Shown: positions 28,469 through 37,987 of the stretch, piece by piece
Layout: every line of letters begins with the position of its first letter
How positions within the stretch are numbered: the stretch's first letter is position 1
NCBI GenBank assembly: GCA_964642855.1
Contig: CAZXSK010000009.1
Coordinates: 12,106-76,105, forward strand
DNA length: 64,000 bases
Reading direction: 5' to 3'
From: an uncultured Planctomycetaceae bacterium
GTDB lineage: Bacteria > Planctomycetota > Phycisphaerae > SM23-33
Notes under the pieces: model-generated
What the model saw: the letters and a program-made list of their open reading frames with translations, nothing else
Database searches by the model: none
What the model was told of the DNA's origin: nothing
Translations under genes and position numbers: made by a program

Positions 28469-28999
28469 TTATTCGATGTCGGGGGTCTTGGGATAGAAGA
28501 TGCGCGCCGCCAACATTCCCACGCCGAACAGGCCGATGGTAAACGGTACCACCGACAGCGACAGCTGTGCCCATCCGCTGGCGAACTGCCCGCTCGTACA
28601 GCCATGGGCGAGTCTTGCTCCCAGCAGGATGAAGAACCCGCCGATGAAGCACACGATCAGTCGTCCCCCGGCCCCACGGTGGTTGGCTTTCCACCACGCG
28701 GTATTGATCGACGGTTTCCAACGGCCGACCGCTGCGGCTGCGATGATGGCCCCGGCGATCAGGCCCACATCCAGCCACCATCCGTAGCTGAGTGTCTGGT
28801 ACTTCTCCGACTTGATAATGGGGTGGTCCTGTGCGTACCGAGGCGCCATCTTGTGCAGCGCGATCCCCTCGGCGACCACGAACTGGGTCGACACGCCCAG
28901 GGGTTTCTTCAGGTATACTGCCAGCGTCTGGGTCAGACCCAGCAGTAGTCCCCCGATGACCCAGGGGAGCACGGCTTTGCGGACAGTGGGTGCGGGCAT
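28469..28999 (-). CDS. YeeE/YedE-family membrane protein (half-size partner)
   Basis: ~176 aa. ..LAHGCTSG.. conserved-Cys motif and TM helices. Adjacent to its paralog on the same strand with a 13-nt gap. Confidence 0.6.
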   Translation of the reverse strand: MPAPTVRKAVLPWVIGGLLLGLTQTLAVYLKKPLGVSTQFVVAEGIALHKMAPRYAQDHPIIKSEKYQTLSYGWWLDVGLIAGAIIAAAAVGRWKPSINTAWWKANHRGAGGRLIVCFIGGFFILLGARLAHGCTSGQFASGWAQLSLSVVPFTIGLFGVGMLAARIFYPKTPDIE

Positions 29000-29228
29000 T
29001 CGGTTGCTCCTTGATCTTGTAGATTCCCTTTCCTGGTGAGTGGACCGGGTGGGCGAAACACGTAGCCCCACCCAGTGGCATCCCTCTAACCTGTGAAATT
29101 GTAGCAGCTAACCAACCGCGTGGACCAAGAGCAGCCTCTACTGGCCTGCAAGGACAACGGGCTGTCACCTCGATTGCTTTCTTCCCCGATGTTCCCTACG
29201 ATGCAGCCTTTCCAGCCGGAGACTCGCG

Positions 29229-30353
29229 ATGAATCCACGCCACAGGTATGTCAGAACCCTCACGTTCGGGAGCCCTGATCGGATCCCGTTCCAGCCCGGT
29301 TGGGGCAGGGAATCGACTCACGCCCGGTGGCGTCGGGAGGGTGTCCCCGAAGACCGAGACCCGTACGACTTTCTTCGGGAGGTGCTGGGGATCGAACGGG
29401 AGAACACTCAGCCCCCGATAGAACTGGGCGTCGACTTCCGACTGATGCCCCAGTTCGAGGAGAAGGTACTCGAACATCGCGATGGCCATTACGTCGTACA
29501 GGACTGGAAGGGCAACGTCTGCGAGATCTCCGATGACTTCGACGTGACCTATTTGAGACAGGCGAAAGACTTCGTCACGCGTCGATGGGTCCGCTGTCCC
29601 GTGGAAACGCGCGAGGACTGGCAGGAACTCCGGAAACGCTACCAGTTGGACGAGCCCGGCCGGTTTCCCGACGACTTCGTGGAGCGATGCACCCAGGCCA
29701 AAGGCCGCGACTGGGTCTTGCAGGTTCATTTTCCGGGACCGTTCTGGATCATGCGGGAGTGGTGTGGCTTCGAGGGGCTGTGCATGATGATGGTCGAACA
29801 GCCCGACCTCGTCGATGAGATGAGCGATTTCTGGCGGACGTTTGTCTCCGGAATGCTCGAGCGGATCTGTCGGCACGTAACTCCGGACGCTGTCTTCATC
29901 TCCGAAGACATGGCCTACAAGGGCAAGTCGATGATCTCGATGGACATGGCCCGTCGGTTCTGCATGCCATGCTGGCGTGTCTGGTCCGGGCAGCTCAAAT
30001 CGGCGGGGGTGCCGATTATCGACATGGACAGTGACGGCTACGTCGGCGAGTTGATACCTCTCTGGATCGAAGCGGGAATCAACGTGTGCGATCCTCTGGA
30101 GGTAGCGGCTGGTTGCGATATCGTCGAAATGCGACAGCGGTTCGGCCACTCGATCGCGTTCCGGCAGGGCGTGGACAAACGTGCCATCGCCGCCGGCGGC
30201 CAGGCCATCCGCGACGAACTCAGCCGGGTCGAGCCAATCGTGCGCGACGGCGGGTACATCCCCGGCTGCGACCACGGCGTGCCGCACGATATCTCCTGGC
30301 CCAACTTCGTGGACTACTCTCGCCGGCTTGCTGAGATGACCGGCTGGCTGTAG
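29229..30353 (+). CDS. uroporphyrinogen decarboxylase (URO-D) family protein, second paralog
   Basis: 374 aa with a URO-D-like barrel (..VFISEDMAYKG.., ..GYIPGCDHGVP..). No HemE N-terminal signature. Confidence 0.65.
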   Translation: MNPRHRYVRTLTFGSPDRIPFQPGWGRESTHARWRREGVPEDRDPYDFLREVLGIERENTQPPIELGVDFRLMPQFEEKVLEHRDGHYVVQDWKGNVCEISDDFDVTYLRQAKDFVTRRWVRCPVETREDWQELRKRYQLDEPGRFPDDFVERCTQAKGRDWVLQVHFPGPFWIMREWCGFEGLCMMMVEQPDLVDEMSDFWRTFVSGMLERICRHVTPDAVFISEDMAYKGKSMISMDMARRFCMPCWRVWSGQLKSAGVPIIDMDSDGYVGELIPLWIEAGINVCDPLEVAAGCDIVEMRQRFGHSIAFRQGVDKRAIAAGGQAIRDELSRVEPIVRDGGYIPGCDHGVPHDISWPNFVDYSRRLAEMTGWL

Positions 30354-30488
30354 CGGCTCGGACTGAGAGGCGGCACCATGCTCGTGCAGGGTCCAGTGTC
30401 GAGGCGATCTGCACCTCGATGTATTTGCCACCGATGCCGGGCTCTGGTACGCTCTTTGGCTTGCGATGAACCCCATGAGGAGACACCG

Positions 30489-32579
30489 ATGAACGGAACG
30501 CTTGCATACAGGATTCTGTCCGACCATCTCGTGGAAGGGGAGATGACCCCGGGCAGCGAGATCGGCATACGCATCGACCAGACCCTGACCCAGGACGCCA
30601 CCGGGACGACCGCCTTCCTGCTGCTGGAAGCGATGGAAGTCCCGCGCGTGCGGACGGAAACGTCGGTGAGTTACGTCGATCACAACATGGCGCAGTTCGG
30701 GCCGGAAAACCACAACGACCACATGTACCTCCAGTCGATCGCGACGAAGGTGGGTGCATATCACAGCCGGCCGGGCAACGGCATCTGCCACCAGGTGCAC
30801 CTTGAGCGGTTTGGCCAGCCGGGTAAGACGCTGCTGGGCTCCGACAGCCACACGCCAACCGGCGGGGGGCTGGGCATGGTCGCCATTGGTGCCGGCGGGT
30901 TGGATGTCGCCGTGGCGATGGGCGGCGGGCCGTTCTACACCACCTGCCCCCGTGTGATCGGCGTGGAGCTGACCGGCTCGCTCCAGCCGTGGGTCGCTGC
31001 GAAGGACATCATCCTTCGGCTGCTGAGCATCCTCAGCACGAAAGCCAACGTTGGTTGCGTGGTGGAGTACTTCGGCGAGGGCGTGAAGTCCCTGCCCGTT
31101 CCCGCGCGGTCGACCTGCACAAACATGGGGGCCGAGCTGGGCGTGACGACCAGCCTGTTCCCGTCCGATGAAGTAACGAAGCAGTTCCTGCAGGCCCAGG
31201 GGCGTGGCGACGTGTGGCACGAAATGAAAGCCGACGACGGCGCAGCTTACAGCCGGATCACCAAGCGCCAGCATGCCGAGCGGGACGCGAAGTTCATCGA
31301 GAACATCAAGACCTTCTGCACCGATGTGGACGTCTCCCAGCCGGATGCCGAAGGCTTCGTGGAAGTGAGCTTCTCGAAGGTGGTGATCAATCTCGACGAG
31401 CTCGAGCCCCTCGCGGCCGCTCCCGGTTCGCCGGACAATATCGTGCCCGTCCGGGAGATCGCGGGCAGGAAGGTCTCGCAGGTGGCGATCGGCTCGTGCA
31501 CGAACTCGAGCTTCCAGGACCTCACGCTGTGCGCGACGGTGCTGAAAGGCCGGACCGTGAACCCGAACGTGGAACTCGGTGTGGCCCCGGGCAGCCGGCA
31601 GGTGATGGCCATGATCTCGCGAACGGGCGCGCTGGGCGAAATCGTCACCAGCGGTGCCCGGGTGCTGGAAAGCGCGTGCGGGCCTTGCATCGGCGTGGGC
31701 TTCTCCCCGGCCGAGGACGCCGTCAGCCTGCGTACGTTCAACCGGAACTTCTTCGGGCGAAGCGGCACGAAGAACGACACGGTGTTCCTGGTGTCCCCGG
31801 AGACCGCCGTGGCGGGCGCGGTAACGGGGGAGATCACCGATCCGCGCGAATTGGGCCGCCGGAAGGGCATCGAGTATCCGCGTGTCGACGCGCCGGGGGA
31901 GTTTCTCATCGACGATTCACTGATCCTCCCGCCCCTGGACGAGCAGCAGGGCGCCGAGGCGGAGATTGTCCGCGGGCCGACGATCGTCAAGCCGCCGGCC
32001 GGCGAGAAGCTGCCCGACACCATCGAGGGACAGGTGGTGCTGAAAGTGGGCGACAAGATCACGACAGATCACATCATGCCCGCCGGGGCATTCCTGAAGT
32101 ATCGCTCGAACGTGCCCGAGTACGCGAAGTACGTGTTCAATTGCTTCAACGAAGAGGGCTCGCCGTCGTTCGCTGACCGCGCGCTGAAGGTGCGGGAGCA
32201 GGGCAAGGCCGGCGTGATCGTTGCGGGCGACAGCTATGGGCAGGGCTCGTCTCGCGAACACGCGGCGCTGTGTCCGATGTACCTGGGCATCCGCGTGGTG
32301 CTTGCCAAGGCGATCGAGCGGATCCACCAGGCGAACCTCGTGAACTTCGGCCTGCTGCCGCTGACGTTCGCCGCGGAGGGCGATTACGAAAGCATCCAGC
32401 CGACCGACGAACTGGTCGTGATCGACGTGCAGAAGGCGATCGAATCAGGCCGGACGGTGACCGTTCGCAACAAGACGCGCGACACAGAGTTCACGGCCAA
32501 TGTCACGCTGTCACCGAGGCAGCGGCGCATCCTGGCGGCAGGAGGTCTCCTACACTTTACCAGGGAAGCCAGCCGATGA
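30489..32579 (+). CDS. aconitate hydratase (aconitase family, ~700-aa short form)
   Basis: ..SDSHTPTGGGLGMVAIGAGG.., ..IGSCTNSS.., ..CGPCIG.. (the three Fe-S Cys ligands), and a swivel domain with ..SREHAA... Confidence 0.8.
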   Translation: MNGTLAYRILSDHLVEGEMTPGSEIGIRIDQTLTQDATGTTAFLLLEAMEVPRVRTETSVSYVDHNMAQFGPENHNDHMYLQSIATKVGAYHSRPGNGICHQVHLERFGQPGKTLLGSDSHTPTGGGLGMVAIGAGGLDVAVAMGGGPFYTTCPRVIGVELTGSLQPWVAAKDIILRLLSILSTKANVGCVVEYFGEGVKSLPVPARSTCTNMGAELGVTTSLFPSDEVTKQFLQAQGRGDVWHEMKADDGAAYSRITKRQHAERDAKFIENIKTFCTDVDVSQPDAEGFVEVSFSKVVINLDELEPLAAAPGSPDNIVPVREIAGRKVSQVAIGSCTNSSFQDLTLCATVLKGRTVNPNVELGVAPGSRQVMAMISRTGALGEIVTSGARVLESACGPCIGVGFSPAEDAVSLRTFNRNFFGRSGTKNDTVFLVSPETAVAGAVTGEITDPRELGRRKGIEYPRVDAPGEFLIDDSLILPPLDEQQGAEAEIVRGPTIVKPPAGEKLPDTIEGQVVLKVGDKITTDHIMPAGAFLKYRSNVPEYAKYVFNCFNEEGSPSFADRALKVREQGKAGVIVAGDSYGQGSSREHAALCPMYLGIRVVLAKAIERIHQANLVNFGLLPLTFAAEGDYESIQPTDELVVIDVQKAIESGRTVTVRNKTRDTEFTANVTLSPRQRRILAAGGLLHFTREASR

Positions 32580-32611
32580 GCTGATGCTCCCCGCGAAAGG
32601 AAGGTGGAGGC

Positions 32612-33442
32612 ATGAAACCAATCGCTGACGTGTCCGGCCGGCGGGGTCGACCATTACTGAGCTTCGGTCCGCTGCTGCTGATTATCTGCGTGGCGGCCGG
32701 GGGGTGCGGGCTGCAGAAGCCCACGGTATCGCTGGGCGGGATCAAGCTGGCGGGAATCGATTCCGACGGCGTGACACTCGATCTGCAGATGGACGTGAAC
32801 AATCCCAACCCCATCGGCGTGCCGCTGAAGGAAATGACGGCCGATCTGGTAGCCGGTGAGACCACGCTGGCGCGGATCGCCGACGTTGAGCAGGACCTTG
32901 CGATTCCGGCGATGGGCTCAAGACGCGTGTCGATTCCGGTGCAGGTTCCGCTGTCGACGCTGGCGAAGCTGGGCGGCAGGCCGTCGATTGGCGACGTTGT
33001 GGACTACGAGCTGGCCGGGAGTTTCGTTTTCGAGGCCATCGGTGCCCGGCTTCCCGTGAATTACCAGAAGCAGGGGCGGCTTTACCGTCCCCGGCTGCCA
33101 CGGTGGTCGTTCAAGCGCATCGAGATGCCCTCGTCTGCGGGCGGCCCGGCCAGGTTGGTCGTGACACTGACCAACCCCAACGCCTTTTCGCTGCCGGTAG
33201 GGAATCTCGCGGGCACGTTGAGCCTCAGCGGGGAAGACGCCATCCGCATCGGCCAGCCTTCGGTCAGCTCGGTCGGGCCGAAGGAATCGGCCGAGGTCGA
33301 GATCCCCATCGAGTTGAGCCTGCGGAAGCTGCTGACTGCGTCGAAGCTGCTGCTGAAGGAACGAGCGTTCGACGCGGCCTTCCAGCCGAAGCTGGAGATA
33401 CCCTCGCCGATATCGCTGATTGCGGGGCCGGCCGATGAGTAG
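32612..33442 (+). CDS. lipoprotein with tandem LEA_2/WHy-like domains
   Basis: Signal peptide plus lipobox (AAGGCGL). Two repeats of the ..G-V-L-L-V-NPNP/NPNAFSLPV.. pattern characteristic of LEA14-like (LEA_2) domains. Confidence 0.45.
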   Translation: MKPIADVSGRRGRPLLSFGPLLLIICVAAGGCGLQKPTVSLGGIKLAGIDSDGVTLDLQMDVNNPNPIGVPLKEMTADLVAGETTLARIADVEQDLAIPAMGSRRVSIPVQVPLSTLAKLGGRPSIGDVVDYELAGSFVFEAIGARLPVNYQKQGRLYRPRLPRWSFKRIEMPSSAGGPARLVVTLTNPNAFSLPVGNLAGTLSLSGEDAIRIGQPSVSSVGPKESAEVEIPIELSLRKLLTASKLLLKERAFDAAFQPKLEIPSPISLIAGPADE

Positions 33443-33472
33443 CTGCTGCCCGGTCGGTCTGGAGGGCCTGCA

Positions 33473-34024
33473 TTGAGCAAACATGCTTCCCCGATCGTGG
33501 CGATCTTCGGCAGCAACGATCCGGCCGAAGGCGATCCCGCCTGGGAGGTAGCTCGGCGTGCGGGGGCTGCGATCGCTTCGCTCGGGTACACCGTCGCCAA
33601 CGGAGGGTATGGGGGAACCATGGAAGCCTCCGCTTGCGGGGCACGCGAGGCGGGCGGTCGCGTGGTGGGCGTGACGTGCAGCATCTGGTCGTCGACGCCG
33701 AACTCGTACCTCGACGAGACGATCGTCACCGGTTCGTTGGGCGAGAGGCTTGCGACGCTGGTGGAACTCGCCCGCTCCGGCGGATACGTGGTGCTTCCCG
33801 GAGCGACGGGGACGCTGGCGGAACTGGCCACGGTGTGGGAGCACGTCGGCAAGGGGCTCCAGCCGGCGGTTCCCATCGTGTGCGTGGGCGATTTCTGGCG
33901 ACCGCTGATCGACATGATGGCCGCTGCCCGCCGGAGGACACGTCGATGGGTGGCGATGGTGGACGACCCGGCGCAATTGGGCGAGCATTTTCCCCGGGCA
34001 AGTCTGTCTGGCGACAAGGGATAG
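33473..34024 (+). CDS. LOG family protein (cytokinin riboside 5'-monophosphate phosphoribohydrolase-like)
   Basis: ..VFGSN.., GGYGGTMEA, ..PGATGTLAEL.. motifs of the LOG/TIGR00730 family. Confidence 0.8.
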   Translation: MSKHASPIVAIFGSNDPAEGDPAWEVARRAGAAIASLGYTVANGGYGGTMEASACGAREAGGRVVGVTCSIWSSTPNSYLDETIVTGSLGERLATLVELARSGGYVVLPGATGTLAELATVWEHVGKGLQPAVPIVCVGDFWRPLIDMMAAARRRTRRWVAMVDDPAQLGEHFPRASLSGDKG

Positions 34025-34048
34025 GTCGCGATACAATCGGAGGTCGAC

Positions 34049-35005
34049 ATGGATGCCAAACACCTTCTGATCTTTGTGGGGCTTCTGGCGATGCTGGCCG
34101 CGGCGATCGGGCCCGGCTGCAAGCCCGCCTCGCCCGATGCCTCTGCAGGGCCGAACGGACCGGTCCGGCCTGCCGACCCGAACCTTTCTCGGCTTCTGCT
34201 GGAGCGTCCCGAGTCGCCGGTGGTTGAGGCTACCGACGCCACGCCGTCTCGGCTGCCGGCGCCCGATCTGCCCAAGGAGGGCGAGACCCTGGTCGATCGG
34301 GCTGCGAAGATGAGCGTCGACGCCAATGGCTGGCCGGTGCTGGGTTTCCTCGACGAGCAAGTCGCGCGGGGGGCGTCGCTGCGAGTGCTTCCCTGCGTGC
34401 TTCGCGAGAAGATGGAGCTCCTGGCCGAGCGCGAACCCAACGCCACGTTCCACATGTCCGGCGAGATCACCCGAACCGGCGATCGGGCCTACCTGCTGCC
34501 GATGCGGGCGAGCGTGTACCGGTCGCGGAAGGACGATTCGCAGCAGCCGGACCCGAACAATACGGCCGAGGCAGTCGACGCCAACGGGCCATCGACCCCC
34601 GAAGACATCATGGACGAGTTGCTCAAGGACGCCCCGGACAAGCCGGTGCGTCTTCCCGATGCCAACACGCCGGCCGATCCGAACGACAGCCGGGATGAGG
34701 GCACGCTGGGGACCGTCCGGCAGAGGCCCCCCAAGAGTTTTGTAGCCGACCGTCTGGTGTATATTTCCCCCGAAGCTGACGACGATTTCTGGTGGCTGGC
34801 GAGATTCGTGGGTGACAATACGCTGAATGAGGAACCGCTTCGGCTGCTGCCGAACCGCAAGCTGATGCGGGCGCGGGCGATCGTGTCTGAGCGCAAGCCC
34901 CTCGGCGTGCGGTTCACGGTGTCGGGCGTGGTGACCCGATACCGCGGCCGGCGGTATCTGCTGATCCGGAAGGTGCTGGTCCATCGAGACATGGGCCAGC
35001 TCTAG
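34049..35005 (+). CDS. hypothetical secreted/lipoprotein
   Basis: Signal peptide (LLIFVGLLAMLAAAIGPGC). Low-complexity Pro/Asp-rich regions. No recognisable domain. Confidence 0.4.
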   Translation: MDAKHLLIFVGLLAMLAAAIGPGCKPASPDASAGPNGPVRPADPNLSRLLLERPESPVVEATDATPSRLPAPDLPKEGETLVDRAAKMSVDANGWPVLGFLDEQVARGASLRVLPCVLREKMELLAEREPNATFHMSGEITRTGDRAYLLPMRASVYRSRKDDSQQPDPNNTAEAVDANGPSTPEDIMDELLKDAPDKPVRLPDANTPADPNDSRDEGTLGTVRQRPPKSFVADRLVYISPEADDDFWWLARFVGDNTLNEEPLRLLPNRKLMRARAIVSERKPLGVRFTVSGVVTRYRGRRYLLIRKVLVHRDMGQL

Positions 35006-35034
35006 GGACCCATGCCAGCCTCCGTTGGGCGAAC

Positions 35035-36768
35035 ATGACTTTCACGCACCCGTGGAACCTGCTGGGCCTGATCCCCGTGGCCGGGGTTGCGATGTGGTCG
35101 CTGCTGCGACCCGGGAGACAGCACGTTGTGGTCGGTTCGCTGTCGCTGTGGCGACAGGCCCTCCAACGGCTGGAATCCTCGGGGCGTCGGCGGACGCGTC
35201 GCATGACGGCCAGTTGGCTGCTCCTGCTTGGCGGGGCGGTCGTTGCGGCGATCGCAGCCGCCGGGCCGGTGTGGACCCGGGACGTTCCCCGGCGGCGGAT
35301 CTCGCTGCTCGTGTGTCCGTCGGCGGAACTGGCCGGGGAAGGCGGGATGCAACGCCTGCGATCGGGCGGCGAGGCATTGCTCGATCGGCTGGGTCCGGAG
35401 GATCGTGTTCGCCTGGTGGCCCCGTCCGGCCTGAGGCAGGACTCGACGGAGGAACTCACGCCCGCCGAGGCGCGCGGAACGCTTGCTGCGCTGCGGGCGG
35501 TTCCCGTGGCGGCGGCGGATCTTGTTGCCTCTCTTCCATCGATCGAAGCGGGTTGGGCGTGCTTTCTGGTGCCGCGAGGCCAGGAGTTGTCCCCCGGTCC
35601 GGAACGGGCGGTCGTTGCCGTCGAGCCGGCCTTGCCTCCCGCCACCTTCAGCCGACTTGCCGCAACCGTGGACGACGGGCAGGTGCATCTGCTGGCCTCG
35701 GTACGGAACCATACCGATCGGGAGCTGCGCCTGGCGGTTGTTGTGAGCGATGCGGAGAATCCATCCGGGGGTGTCCTGGCGAGTGATCTGCGAACGGTCG
35801 CGGCCGGACGGAGCGAGCCCGGGATACTGACCTTCCCCGACGGCGCCCGGTCGCTTCGGGTGGACGTGCACGTCGAGGCGAAGCCACGATCCGGCAGGTG
35901 GGGCACGTCAGGATTTCTCCGGCGCGTCGAGACCAGCCCCGTGCGGGTGGCGCTGATCGGACGCGACAGCCCGGCCGTGCGGAGATTCGTGGACGCCAGC
36001 GATCAACTCCGTCTGGCGGGGGATCCGGGCGAGGCGGACGTGGTGATCGCCATTGCCGCCGACGCGCCCGACAGGACGCCGGCGCTGCTGATCGATCCGC
36101 CGACGTCGCCGGCGGGATTCCGGCGCGGCGAGGAGACCGGGCCGGTGCGGTTGTCCACAGCCGACGTCCGTGAAGACGAACTCCTCCAGCACGTGGATCT
36201 GTCCGCAGCGGCGGTCCGGACGGTCCGGCCATGGGTTTCCGTCGGCGACAGCGAAACGGTGGAGACGGTCCTGTCGATCGGGCAGGGCGCGTTGATCGTT
36301 CGACGCCGGCCGGGAGAGGGAACCGCCGGGCGGGTCTACGTGGCGATGGACCTCTCCCGGGAGAACACGAACCTGGCTGTTTCGCACGCGCTGTTGATCT
36401 TTCTGGCCAACGCGATCGACGCGCTGACCCCGGACTCGCCCCGCGAGGTTGGCTACCGGACGTGGTCGCCCTACGATTCTCCCGGACGCGACAGCCTGGA
36501 AGCGATCGTCGTTCCCAGACAGGCGGAGGCCGGTCCCTGGCCGGCGCCGGGGCTGTACCGTTCGCCCGACGGGGCGATGGTCGCGATCAGCCTGACCGGC
36601 CTTGCCGGCGGAGATCAGGGCGACGGCGTGCCTTCCGGGACAACCGCGATGCAGGTCGCCCTGCCCGAACCCGCTGCCGCGCGGACGGCCTGGCCGATCT
36701 GGCCGCTGGGTGCATTGCTTGCCGGATCGCTGTGGCTGGCGGGCTGGTTCTGTCGGGCCGTGGAGTGA
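35035..36768 (+). CDS. BatA_N (N-terminal double-transmembrane domain) membrane protein
   Basis: MTFTHPWNLLGLIPVAGVAMWSLLR.. matches the BatA/TIGR02226 N-terminal double-TM signature. Second TM follows (SWLLLLGGAVVAAIAAAG). C-terminal TM present (WPIWPLGALLAGSLWLAGWF). Confidence 0.5.
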   Translation: MTFTHPWNLLGLIPVAGVAMWSLLRPGRQHVVVGSLSLWRQALQRLESSGRRRTRRMTASWLLLLGGAVVAAIAAAGPVWTRDVPRRRISLLVCPSAELAGEGGMQRLRSGGEALLDRLGPEDRVRLVAPSGLRQDSTEELTPAEARGTLAALRAVPVAAADLVASLPSIEAGWACFLVPRGQELSPGPERAVVAVEPALPPATFSRLAATVDDGQVHLLASVRNHTDRELRLAVVVSDAENPSGGVLASDLRTVAAGRSEPGILTFPDGARSLRVDVHVEAKPRSGRWGTSGFLRRVETSPVRVALIGRDSPAVRRFVDASDQLRLAGDPGEADVVIAIAADAPDRTPALLIDPPTSPAGFRRGEETGPVRLSTADVREDELLQHVDLSAAAVRTVRPWVSVGDSETVETVLSIGQGALIVRRRPGEGTAGRVYVAMDLSRENTNLAVSHALLIFLANAIDALTPDSPREVGYRTWSPYDSPGRDSLEAIVVPRQAEAGPWPAPGLYRSPDGAMVAISLTGLAGGDQGDGVPSGTTAMQVALPEPAAARTAWPIWPLGALLAGSLWLAGWFCRAVE

Positions 36769-36874
36769 TGGAGCGCGCGGGAAAAGAGTTACACCGGCCT
36801 CGCCCTCCAACCGGCCTGCCCGAGACAGCGCCCCCGAACGGACAGCAGCCGCTACGGAATCGAGAGGATGTACC

Positions 36875-37921
36875 ATGCCTGACGACCGCGAAGCGATGCT
36901 CTGGAAGACGGAGGACGATCACCTGCGCTGTGTGCTCTGCGCGCACCGGTGCCGGATCCCCGAGGGAGAGGTGGGCTTCTGCCGCGTCCGCCGAAACGAG
37001 CAGGGCACGCTGCGCCCCATCACGTACGGCCGGCTTGTGGCGGCGAATGTGGACCCCATCGAGAAGAAGCCGCTCTTCCACTTTCTGCCCGGCAGCAGGA
37101 GCCTGTCAATTGCGTCGGCTGGGTGTAATTTCCAGTGCGAGTTCTGCCAGAACTGGCAGATATCGCAGGCCCCGCGCGACGGACGGGAAGGGATCGGACG
37201 CGAGGCGACTCCCGAGCAGATTGTCGCAGCGGCCGGTGAAAACGGCTGCGCGTCGATCAGCTACACGTACACCGAGCCGACGGTGTTTTTCGAGTTTGCC
37301 TACGACTGCGCGACGCTCGCAAAGGAGCGGGGGATCGGCAACTGTTTCGTCTCCAACGGCTACATGACGCCCGAGGCGGTCGCGGAGGTCGCCCCGGTGC
37401 TCGACGCGATCAACGTGGATCTCAAGGCGTTCCGCGACGAAACGTACAAGCAGGTGATGAAGGCGCGCCTCCAGCCGGTGCTGACCTGCCTGGAGTCTCT
37501 GGTGAAGGCGGGGGTCTGGGTGGAGGTGACCACGCTGATCGTGCCCGGCATGAACGATTCGCGCGAAGAGCTTTCGGACATCGCGGGCTTCATCGCCGAG
37601 AAGCTCGGCCGGCACGTGCCGTGGCATGTCAGCCGATTCCACGCCGACTACAAGATGGATCACACGCCCACCACGCCGATGGAGACGCTGGAGACAGCGT
37701 GCGAGGTCGCGGGCGAGAAGGGGCTGCGACACGTGTACTGCGGCAACGTTGCAGGTCACTCGGGCGAGAGCACGTACTGCCCCCGTTGCGGCGAGATGCT
37801 CATCCGGCGGATGGGATACCAGATCCGCGACAACCGCCTGGCCGAAGGGGCGACGTGCCCGGCGTGCGGCGAGCCGATCCGCGGGGTGTGGCAGCTGCCC
37901 GCCCCCCAGCCCGGCCGGTAG
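36875..37921 (+). CDS. radical SAM enzyme, AmmeMemoRadiSam-system type (PflA-like activase fold)
   Basis: N-terminal Cys cluster (CVLCAHRCRI..C), a CNFQCEFCQN CX3CX2C radical-SAM motif, and a C-terminal zinc-ribbon (CPRCG..CPACG). ~348 aa. Confidence 0.7.
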   Translation: MPDDREAMLWKTEDDHLRCVLCAHRCRIPEGEVGFCRVRRNEQGTLRPITYGRLVAANVDPIEKKPLFHFLPGSRSLSIASAGCNFQCEFCQNWQISQAPRDGREGIGREATPEQIVAAAGENGCASISYTYTEPTVFFEFAYDCATLAKERGIGNCFVSNGYMTPEAVAEVAPVLDAINVDLKAFRDETYKQVMKARLQPVLTCLESLVKAGVWVEVTTLIVPGMNDSREELSDIAGFIAEKLGRHVPWHVSRFHADYKMDHTPTTPMETLETACEVAGEKGLRHVYCGNVAGHSGESTYCPRCGEMLIRRMGYQIRDNRLAEGATCPACGEPIRGVWQLPAPQPGR

Positions 37922-37987
37922 AAAACGCCGAAGACGCAGGACAGCCCTGCGCCTCCGGCGTCTGGTTGATCGTTGCGGTGTTGCCAG

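Noticed and set aside
29196-31274. 692-aa minus-strand ORF spanning the URO-D paralog and the aconitase start
   Set aside because: Antisense to two genes with strong family signatures on the plus strand. Arg/Ala/Gly-rich junk composition.
37922-37987. Possible terminator hairpin between the radical SAM gene and the PDZ-partner gene
   Set aside because: The CGCAGG..CCTGCG stem is short and not followed by a convincing T-run on either strand.
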